A program made the translations under genes and the position numbers. The notes beneath the pieces were generated by a model, which was not told where the DNA came from, did not search any database, and was given only the letters and a program-made list of their open reading frames with translations. A stretch of DNA of 64,000 bases from Octopus bimaculoides (taxonomy: Eukaryota), in contig NC_068990.1 of the NCBI RefSeq assembly GCF_001194135.2, forward strand, positions 70,864,577-70,928,576. Reading direction: 5' to 3'. Positions 53,741-64,000 of the stretch are shown here, in pieces (the first letter of the stretch is position 1; every line of letters begins with the position of its first letter).

Positions 53741-55829
53741 CAATAAGTTATGTAAATTATGCTCTTTTTTTCTCCCAAAAATGAATAGCCAAAATCAGAA
53801 ATAAAGTTTCACTGTACTAAAACATTTAGTTGCAAACTTCCAAATTTTTAGTTCAAATCTTGTAAGAGTCAACTTCTACATTTCATTATACTGAGGTTGA
53901 TAAAAAACTTTTCAATTATTCTTGTTCCAACAAAATTTAATCATGCTGCTTGGCAATAAAAGTTAAAACAATGTAGTCACCATGTTAAGAAATAATATTG
54001 CTTTGTACATTAATCTAAAAAAAAAAACTAGGCAAACTAACATTAAATTTTATAATAAAACTGCATGTGAGGGAAAGAAAAGAGCAAACTGCTAGGATAA
54101 AATATTTTTGAATAAAGTAAATTGATACAAAGATCCTTAAATGTATAGGTGAATCTATTATTAATCTCCTAGAAAAGTGATGTATTCTTTTCTTGTATGT
54201 GGATCAATGTAAAATAAAGTCAAGAAGGCCTTGTGTTTCTTGTTTCTTTTGTTTTATTTATATAATCTTACTTTCACTTTTTAATTTCTTTTACTATCAC
54301 TAAGTTGTAGTTAAATTATGTACAACTTTTGATACAAAACACATAATATGAGGAACCTATATTGTTAAAGTTATTTAATTAGTAAACTGTATTGTTAAAA
54401 TCATTTGATAGGTTAATTGTACCATTAAGATCAGTTATGGTTGGTATCCAATCATGTCTTCAGGTCAGCTAATGCTTCATCAATAGGATTCAGTAGAGAA
54501 AATAAATTGCATGAATGTACATTGCATGTTTGTGTGCATGCATGTGTGCGTGTGTATGTGTGAAAGAGAGGGGGATGCATTTGAACTAGTAGCTTTCACT
54601 GATTTATGCCAACAAAGTATGCAAACATCATTAAGAAGACCAAAAACTGCACGAAATCCCTTGTGATATTTGTTCTACAAGTTACATGTACACTCCCTTA
54701 TCATTAATCGTCAGAAATGATTGACTCATTGGAAACATGTAACCAATTATACTATCGTTCAGCAATTTCAAAATAAAATAAATAAATGAGAGTAAATTTT
54801 CAAGTTGAGTGCACTGAAAATTATTTAAAAATTCATCAACAGAAACAAGAGCAAATTGGAAATTATTTTCATAAATAAATTATAAATTCTTATAAAAACT
54901 TTCTTTGTAACAAAGTTCTTTTCAGAAATTCCATAATATATAACGTTTACATACCAATATCAATTAAAAGTTTATTATTTAAAATGCAATTTCGAATTAG
55001 AAAAATGCCAACAATTATATCATTTTTGTTTCAATGTTAACTGTATCTCACTCACATATCACTCAGTCTCTTCTAACATTATAGATAAGCCTTTTACAGA
55101 ACTTCCTTGTAAACAAGCATTTATACACAGCACTTATTTTTAAAACTATCTTGTCTTTAATTTACAATCATTGAACAATTACCTCTTCATGCAACAGAAA
55201 TCTCTCCAGAAGAATATTTTGAAATAACATCTATGATATTTTGTCTGGTACAATAATTTCTAAAAAAAGTACAATTGATATAACTCATTAAGAAAGGATA
55301 TAAATATATGTATGTGCACTCATACCACAACATCTATTATACATCAGTAATATGGAGTTAAAATATCTGACCTTGGAAACAACTTGATCAAGAATTTTCA
55401 CACTAGAATGCAATCTATCCAAAACTAATATACCTCATAAATTGATAAGATGAATAAACTTAAATTAAACTAGGAAGACTAGAGAAAGCTCAAAAGGTCA
55501 TGGCAATCACTTAATCCTGAGTACATTTATAGTGCAATTGTGGTACAAACATTTGGAATACTTAATTTGTCATTCAAGAAAATCTGTTTCTTATAAGAAA
55601 AGAAGGAAGATAGCAAAAAAACCACAATTTCTACAATGCACCAGCATATATAAGCTATAAAACCAAGCAACATGAAAGATGTTTACACTTTTGAGTTCAG
55701 GAAGCATCAGAGAAGTAAATCAGAGGTAGCTACATGAGAAATACAACAGGAATAGGCTATAGAGAGGTCACAATAATTTTTTTCCCGCCAATGGGTTGAG
55801 TATTTTTCTAATGGTCTACTTTAACTATC

Positions 55830-56090
55830 TCAACATTCACAGGATCTTTGAGCTTCCAGACCCTTCTCCTCCAAGTTGGTCGTCTTCTCGGCAACCACTT
55901 AGCCCTGATCCTGAAGTCACTAACTACTAGTCTATGTTGTGGGGTACATTCTTCGCCTGGGAAGGTTTTGGCATTTATAAGCAGCCATCTTTCCCTTTTT
56001 CTGGCGAGGATGTAGTCAATTTGACTAGTATGTCTGCCAGAAGAGTAGGTGTGAGGGACTTCTGTGGAGTGTGGGAATTGGGTGCGCATA
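55830..56090 (-). mobile_element. RTE apurinic-endonuclease C-terminal fragment, well preserved
   Basis: TYSSGRHTSQIDYILARKRERWLLINAKTFPGEECTPQHRLVVSDFRIR...VWKLKDP. Confidence 0.85.
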
Positions 56091-57600
56091 CTAGTATTTG
56101 TAGACCTAGTGGACAATCGAGAGAGGGGGAAAAGGGAGATATAGAGGGAGAGTGATGATCGAGAGAGGCAGAGTGAAGCAGATATCGAAAGAGACACAGT
56201 AAGCAGAGAGGGGGGGGTTAGGCTGATGCACGAGGCAGAATAGTTAGAGATATTTTTGGGAATTTCTGTCACGTAGACACAGTAAATATTGAATGGTAGA
56301 AATAGAAATAGAATTGAGAAATAAGGGGTTTTCGGCCAGCTAAGTCTAAGACAGAATTATAGAAATAGGTGACTATGTAGGAAATAAAAACTGTAAAACT
56401 TCAATAAATGACTGGGTTTGACGGCATCATTAAGGACAACTGAAAATGAATTTGAGCACTAAATGAGATATTACGAATCAGGGCAAAATACAAAGGAAAG
56501 TACATGCTTAGGCAAGAAAATCAGGACTTATCTCGACATAGTTCTGTGGTCGTATTGATTCGTCAAAATTTTTATGAACAAGTGAAGGAAATCAAGCGCG
56601 CTTACTAGTGTATTTGTAGACCTAGTGGACAATCGAGAGAGGGGGAAAAGAGAGATATAGAGGGACAGTGATGATCGAGAGAGGCAGAGTGAAACAGATA
56701 TCGAAAGAGACACAGTAAGCAGAGGGAGGTGGGGGTTTAGGCCGATGCACAAGGCAGAATAGTTAGAGATATTTTGGGGAATTTCTGTCGCGTAGACACA
56801 GTAAATATTGAATGGTGGGTCAAAATCTGTTTTGACCCTGTGGACCCAATCAACCGCAAGAAATCTGGTCTTCCCAGATTTTTTGATTATGGCTGGTAAC
56901 AGGTATCCGGTGATACTTGAGGGACACCCTACCAAGTGTCACCTGAACCTGCAACTAGGCCATATAAAAAAGAACTGTCCCCAGGATCAGAGTAGGGTCC
57001 TGGAGCAGTTGGTGGAAGAAGCATTCCCCCCTCATTCAGAGGGAGAGATGAAGACAGTAGAGGAGGTGGAAGCCTCCTCGAAAAAGGGTCAAAAATGGAA
57101 GAAAATGGAAGAACTCCACCCTCCCGTGGTAAAAGAGAAGAAAAGAAAAATGGGGCATTGCTGGGGGTTACTAATACACTGCCAGCATATCCGAAAACCC
57201 CATCAGTGGAAATTGTGCCACTGATGGTGGAAACTGTGGCCTCGCTCCATGTGGAGGAGGAATTTTTGTCTTATTCTACAAGGGAGGGGTAGTTCAGGAT
57301 TTTATTAAAAAGTTTGCTAAAGAAGGTCAGAGGGGAGGGGTTCTAACCTGCACTAAGGACTCTAATTGTCCTTCGCAGGTAGCTGTGGAGATTGTGTGGG
57401 AAACCGATTTGTATAAGGTGATGAACTCCTTCCCCGAAGATACATTTTGCTCCCTGCTGAAGCACCCCAACCTAGCACCATCGAGGTGCTCGAGTGAGGC
57501 ATTGAGCCTGGTTGGGTGCTGGTAGGCCAGAAAATAACGGAAAAAATTAAGAGGCTTTTAGCGCCTTATATTGTGGGAGAATATGGCCCATTTATGAAAA
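56091..57600 (+). mobile_element. Gag/ORF1-like non-LTR retrotransposon relic with an internal ~210-bp direct duplication (56091-56297 and 56604-56816)
   Basis: GC-richer block; GNRYPVILEGHPTKCHLNLQLGHIKKNCP is a degenerate CX2CX4HX4C knuckle followed by a Lys/Glu-rich region. Confidence 0.45.
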
Positions 57601-58883
57601 ATGTTTGAGGCTTAGTGTCTCATTTTTAAGGACCTTGCATCCAAAAGGAATAAAATTAAGGTTTATAACCTCAATTTGGTTGTTGTAAAAAGAACAATGT
57701 TTTCGGGAAGCAGTGATCAGTGGGCATTGTTTGTCTTCCCTCACCAATTTCATTAATTATTTTTTCATTCATTTCATCTTGTGTGTTGTCCAGTCCGCAG
57801 CTACTTCTATGAACGGCTTTTATAGCTAATTCTATGAAATAAAGTTTAGAAATACATGTCTCTTTGTCTTGGCTAAAAAACCTGTACATCTTAGCCTCAA
57901 CTAGTATCATTTCAAAATGTTATGCTAGAAATGTTGTTTTCCCATTTCCCTCATGTGACATGAGCTTTACAAGAGCTACTAGTACAGTACCAACAACATT
58001 TATATTTTGTCAAAAAATGACATCAATACTGAGCTGTCTCTTCACAATCAATTTTCTTGAGGGTCTCAACAAGAAGTGCCACTATATTGTCCCCCTCTCC
58101 AAAATCAACAAAGAGAGGATGTAAAGAGATCATCTTACATTTATAACAATTGTCATCATAGAAATTCAAGATAAGACATGGCCAATCGTTATCTACTTCT
58201 TTGAGAAATGATATGCTAATTAAAATAAGTTTTGACTCAAAACTATATCTCTTGACAAGTAATTGTACTTTTAAAGATTTTCTCATCATGTTTATGTATC
58301 ATATGTTATATATCATAAATAACCACAGAAAAACTTTGCAGATGAAGAAGTCTTTATTCAAAGCAGAACAACTCTAAAACTCAACTCTTACTACAAACCT
58401 TAAAACATGGCAACACATTTTTTTCATAAACCTCAGACTGAAAATAGTCATTTCATGTTGAAATTAGTAAAACAGAACACAAAAACATTCAGCCCTAAGT
58501 TAAACACAAATGACCCTACTCTTATTTATAAATGAAGCTATTAAAACCATCCTAATTGACATTAAATTCATTAACTCTTTTGATAACAACCCACCTGAGA
58601 CTACTCTGAAGTCTTGATACAAATTTCCTGCTTTAGAGTGATCTAAATTCAAATCTTCCATCAAAATTTTGTCTCAAACATCAGCTTAATAATGACAAAG
58701 TTGTTTTATTAAATTCTTCCCATTTCCAAAATTAATTGAAGCAATAGCAATATGGAAACAAAAGGCTTTAAACAAGTACTCAGAGAAAGATAACATTTTG
58801 TAGATCGACTTAAGCAAACTTCTAGAAATGAAATTCTCACATATTAACACAAGATGCCTAAGTATTTAACCTCTAAGTTAGAT

Positions 58884-58974
58884 GATGAGACTAACATATA
58901 TACAAAAAATAGATGAGACTAACATATATACAAAAAATAAATGAGACTAACATATATACAAAAAATAATGAGAC
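58884..58974. repeat. 28-bp minisatellite x3 (gatgagactaacatatatacaaaaaata)
   Basis: Seen directly. Confidence 0.9.
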
Positions 58975-61199
58975 TTTTCTGAATGAATCACTGCTACAAA
59001 CCTTCGCATTTCAAAATATAGATATATATTTTTTTTTTCTTTTGCAAGATTAATCAAACAACTATATACATAAGATTATCAAACAACTATATACATTATA
59101 AGTGGAAACAGAGGTAGTTTATTATATATCATCAGTTGCAGTCCAGAAATACCAGTAGATACATATTACAAGACAGTAGAACAATCATATACAAGGCTGT
59201 CTGAAGGAAAGATTATTGTCATTATAGTATTCAAGTTAATAATGAACTGAATGTATCTACACATCTTATGAAAGAGAATCTGAATAAAGCATCTATGCTA
59301 AAAGTTTTATTAAATGCAAGGCACAAAGAAGCAATCATTGGGGAACAAGATATAGTTATGAGAGAGCCCTTCACTTTACCTGCAAGAAGTAAAAAAGAAA
59401 AAACAAGGACATATTTGATAAAGGCACTATATCTGAAAAAGAAAAGACAAGATGGTCACTACTGGAATGCCTTTAATCACACAGATTTGCAGGATCAGTG
59501 CTGACCTGAGCAGTGATGAATTTACCGATAGACATAGCAAGCTGAAGCCTAGAACCTTAAAATCTCAAGTGCCTCCAATCAAGATATATATATAATTCTA
59601 GTCTTGAGCAAGGGGAATTAGGAGAAAACTTACAAATGGAATAGTGTAGGGCCTCTTTTCTTTCAAATCCAGAACTGATCCTGGAACTAAACAACGATAA
59701 CTGGTCTGGACTGCAACACTACACCCCCATGCATTTAGTTAACCACTGCATGTTGGAATGTGCAGCATGTTCCTTGATTAAGTGGATGAGAGGTATATGT
59801 AAAACACTAGATCTATGTGACACACCTAATCATTGGGTTGACTTCCTGCATACCATGGGTCTGCTCAGTGTGGCTGTACAACAATAACTGGTGTGTTTGA
59901 TATATTGCCTCAAGTTGTTTGAGGTTTCAGAAAAAAAAGACAAAAACAAAAATGAGAAATGTTGGTTTGTGTTCTATAAATTAGTAGCAGAGTTAAAATA
60001 TAATAAACTTTCCAGAAGTTAAGCAATTGACTCAAATTAAAGCTATTGAAAATCTGGCCTCAAGAGTCAATGTCTCTTAGATACCAATGCTTATTCTGTT
60101 GAATGAATAAAAAAGTCACATGAATACAATTACTTGATCTTTGATAGAGACTAGTTCTTGTAAGAAATAATGAAACTAGCTTACTCAATGACTCCAACAT
60201 GTGCATGTGACCAAAATCTCAACTACACTGCAGATGAAAAGCAGATGGATTTACAAGTTATTATAAAAATTTACTTCTAACACAGAAACAAAGCCACATA
60301 TTTTCAAAAAGAATACAATCGATTATATTGACCTAGTACTTGACCAGTACTTATTTTATTGACCACACATAAATCGCTAACAAAGTTGACACAAGGTAGA
60401 TTTGAACTCAGAATGCATAAGGAATTCAGCTGCTATCTCTGAAGTTCACTGTCATAAGATGATTAACTTCAATACAAAGCTACAAATTTAGTGAGAGGAA
60501 CATAGCCAACCAATATAATCAAATCCCACAGTTTAACTTTAAAAATGACAGAAGGCTGGAAGACAAAGTTTTATCTGACTGAGATTTCAACTCGCAACTT
60601 ACAGCAATATAAGTAAATATCACAAGGCATTTTGATGAGTACTCTACCAATTTTGTTTGGTATGAGGCTATAAATTTATAGAGATATCCTGGTAAGATGA
60701 AAGACAAAAATGACCTCAGGAGAATTTTCACTGAATGTATATAGAAACAAAACTAAAAATAGGTAAGTTAGACCATGTCCCATCGCACCAAATTTATAAT
60801 AATGGCTTCTTAGCTTGGGACAAGATCACAAGTTTTTAGGAGATATATGATTGCATTGACAGCAAGAAGATGATTGAAAGTTGAAGTTGACCTTGGCAGA
60901 ATTTGAACTAAGGAAACAAAGGTACACAAATACGTGTTACAAGACATCTAATCAAGGAATCTAAGGTGTTGGTCACCTTTTGTGCTTCAGAAGAATAATT
61001 TCTTATATTGATTTAAGGCTACAGATTTGTCAGGAAAGGATAAAAATAAACTAAATTAATATCCCATACAGAATTGAAATCTTACGTTTTATTAATCATA
61101 GCAAGCTTTCAATTCTAGATAAAGAGGGAACCCCCTAAATACTCTAATGTTTAGTTTTGTAATCTACTATTACAGTCCACATCTGTATCATCATCATCA

Positions 61200-61680
61200 T
61201 TGTTATCATCATTGTTATCATCATGGTCCTCATCATTGCTTTAACTGCCAGTTTTCTATACTTGCATGGGTTAGACAAAGGCAGATATTTCTACAGTTGG
61301 ATGCTTTTTGTTACCAAACCTGACATGTTTCCAAGTAAGGAAATATTTCCTGTACACCTTTGAAAGATGAACAGCTCATTGAACAGACATATTTTTATAG
61401 AGGTTTGTTAACAAACGACATTTGTATGAGGGTTACTTTATTTACACTTAGTGTGCACATGTCAAGACAAGGAGACAGAAACACATACATGTGGTGTGTA
61501 TGTGTGTGCATGTACACACATAATGGGCTTCTTAGAGTTTCCGTGTACCAAATTTTACTCACAAAGCAATGGGCAACATGTGGCTTTAGTAAAAGATACT
61601 GACTGATAGTGTCCACTTGACAGGAATGAACCCAGAGCCAAATGATTCCAAAGTGGTCTTCTTAATGACACATCTATGCC
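61200..61680 (-). mobile_element. Decayed tRNA/CORE-type SINE with RTE-like tail
   Basis: Reverse complement of the 14700-15095 architecture, ending in (CAT)n-like repeats. Confidence 0.6.
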
Positions 61681-62089
61681 TGCACCTCTGTACTACTCCC
61701 AGTATTTCAGGTGTTTCTTATGTCTCACAGTTCATAGGTTAAAGTGGCGGTATAACAATTTCCAATGCTACAAGCATATTTCTACAAATCTCACCAGCCA
61801 AATTGAAACAATATAAAAAAACAAAAAAAAATAATTTCTCAAGAGAGGAATGTTTTTGCATGTTTGGATATACATAAATATGTGTGTGTGAAATGTGTGT
61901 GTGTGTGTTTGTATTTGTTTTTATTGAAACTGCAAGTTTGTCTCACGAGTTTCACACTACTGCAATCTTTAGGTAAAAACAGTGATCACAATGATGAAAC
62001 TCAAATCATGAGAGAAACCCAATTTCAGTTACAATGAAAATAAAATTTATAGCCTCTACAACATGTATTGAACACTCTTCTCTCATTCA

Positions 62090-62090
62090 T

Positions 62091-62175
<85 letters not shown>
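62090..62175. repeat. (CA)n-(TA)n microsatellite
   Basis: Seen directly. Confidence 0.95.
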
Positions 62176-62177
<2 letters not shown>

Positions 62178-63294
62178 CAATGATAATTATTTATTACTGT
62201 CTTTAGATGCATAGTGGTGACATTTCAGATCCAAGCAGGCACACCTGATGACCACATGTTTAAATGGTTTGAAATATGCATCCTCATTGTTAAATAGCAG
62301 CACACCGTTCTTTCATGCAATTGTCAAGAACAGACAGATGCAGTTGTTAAATAAGGTTGACCAAGATCATTATTTGCCTTGGCTAAAAAAATACCTCGAG
62401 CAGAAATTGAACTAAAAGCCTTTGGATTAATATTAATCCAACAGTTTAAACATGATCTAACTCATCCCACTCTCTGTCACTCACATACTAAATAAGTCAA
62501 AGTAGTAGTCATACAGACAGACAGCAGAACAAACTTAGAGATTAACATACAGAAAGTCAGACATCAACAGATAGATACACAGGCAGAATTTCATAGAAGT
62601 AGACAAAGACATTAACAATCAGACAGATTGATGGCTGACTGGCTGGCTGGTTGGTTGGTTGGTTGGTTGGTTGGTTGGTTGGCTGGTTGGATAATCAGTT
62701 ACATACAAACTGATAGGTAATACTCAGAAACACACTCAGATATATAAGACATGCACAAGATAGTGAGACTCTCTCTCTCTGTCTCTGTCTGTCTGTCTCT
62801 CTCTCTCACACACACACACACACAGTCAGACAGGTACACTCTGAAAGGCTACCTAACATAGGTGTGATGTCCTGAAATGACATACCAAAATGTTATTTTA
62901 CCGACATCATTCACTAAGTTATTTCCCTTGGCTCATATTTTCTGATCATACAAATTATTAAAAGCAGGCTCAAGTTTAACTATTCTTTACTGATGAGGTC
63001 CAATAAGACTTAAACATGTTCCTTACCTGAAAATGAATATCAGATATTTTCCTAAGTATGTAAATTAATATTTTTGGGAAATTTATTCTGAATTTCTAAT
63101 TAAAACAACTACTTATAAGTTTCATTTTCTTTATTCAACAAACAGGCAGTGGTTCAGTACATTACTCCTTAACGGATTTATCTAAATTCATACCATTAGC
63201 CATCTCCAGTTATTTCACTTAATTTAGAACTTTTAACAAGCATTAAAGTCATTTTCTTTCATAAATTTAATTGTTAAGTAATAAATATGCTTAC

Positions 63295-63417
63295 CGTTTC
63301 AGATTCACTATGTCTGAAATGCAAACGTTTCTCTGGGGTAGATAACCTTTCTCTACTCCTAGCAGGAGATGCCTTCTGATCAGAAAGTTTGTCTTCAACA
63401 CTGTCAGTTAGAGACAT
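63295..63417 (-). CDS. Putative first coding exon A of host gene (MSLTDSVEDKLSDQKASPARSRERLSTPEKRLHFRHSESET); whole exon 63295-63458
   Basis: Strong acceptor ttttcttttctttattttcag, 41-nt UTR with in-frame stop, acaaccATG context, 41 open codons, donor ACG|gtaagc in phase 0. Confidence 0.75.
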
Positions 63418-63677
63418 GGTTGTTATTATTGCTCGTAATCAAAAATATTTCCACATAACTGAAAATAAAGAAAAGAAAAATATATATATTATGTATGTAT
63501 ATTGGTTTCAAATTTTGGCACAATGCCAACAATTTCGGGGGAGGAGGGGGTCGATTACATTAACCCCAATGTTCAACTGGTGCTTATTTTATCAACCTCA
63601 AAAGAATGAAAGGCAAGGTTAACCTTGACAGAATTTGAACTCTGAACATAAAGACAAAGTATATATATATATATATA

Positions 63678-63800
63678 TCTTAATATATAAATCTGAAGTT
63701 GTGTGTCTGTGTGAAGCCTTTTTGAATGTTTATAGAAATCCACATTTTCCACTTTTTCGTAAAATATTTTTACATCAATGGAATTTTCTCGATGTAAACT
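63678..63800 (+). mobile_element. Possible 5' end of a non-autonomous Helitron-like element
   Basis: a|tcttaatatataaatctgaagttgtgtgtctgt resembles TC-start Helitron/HINE termini; 3' CTAG end not identified. Confidence 0.35.
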
Positions 63801-64000
63801 TTCCAGTGCAGTAATTAGATTTTTAAAATTCCGTTTACTTTGTGTGATTTAAGGGAGATTTGGCTGTTGTTTCTAGCAACTTTTATATTTCATCCCTTCT
63901 ACCTGGAACGCCATTCTTACACACGCGCTCGACATAAAAATATAGAGAGTAAGAGTTAAAGAGGGAGAAGGAGAGAGAGAGAGAAAGTGATACATACAAC

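Noticed and set aside
57671-58289. Three adjacent ORFs of 79-88 aa
   Set aside because: No recognisable motif or splice signals in any frame; possibly old transposon debris but unsupported.
58884-58974. 28-bp (and the 21-bp at 13425) repeats as CRISPR-like arrays
   Set aside because: Units are directly adjacent with no unique spacers and no cas genes; ordinary minisatellites.
63295-63417. Resemblance of DSVEDKL to KChIP DSVEDEL, plus multiple N-termini
   Set aside because: The conserved KChIP HRPE..L/FT..ELQ.LYRGFK sequence does not follow; treated as coincidence, so no gene symbol assigned.

Overview
AT-rich eukaryotic intronic DNA, most likely from an Octopus assembly (inferred from the SINE and RTE families and the dense TA/CA/GA/GAT microsatellites; not confirmed by search). 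It has 7 N-gaps (5519-5850, 7053-7507, 27976-28255, 35153-35715, 36354-36590, 46107-46116, 47953-47994). Almost none of the supplied ORFs are real genes. The window appears to lie inside the 5' half of a large minus-strand host gene that I cannot name. I read four short exons. 63295-63458 (ATG, MSLTDS...SESET) joins 48588-48653 (DLPG...TTQ) in frame. Two more ATG-bearing exons lie at 23562-23687 and 7780-7847. All four end in phase 0, suggesting several alternative N-termini spliced onto shared exons left of position 1. The rest is a transposon landscape: decayed RTE LINEs (some with a PHD-like finger), a full-length dead mariner inserted in one arm of an older inverted repeat, a truncated Tc1, a ~550-bp foldback, MITEs, a Penelope fragment, a gag-like ORF1 relic and many tRNA-derived SINEs. 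There is no evidence for rRNA, genuine tRNA, CRISPR or prokaryotic systems, and I cannot claim a clearly new biological system. The best leads are the stacked alternative first exons (one with a lone in-frame UGA), the PHD-bearing RTE, intronic dsRNA-forming repeats and hammerhead-like relics. Repeat boundaries are approximate; exon boundaries were counted to the base.
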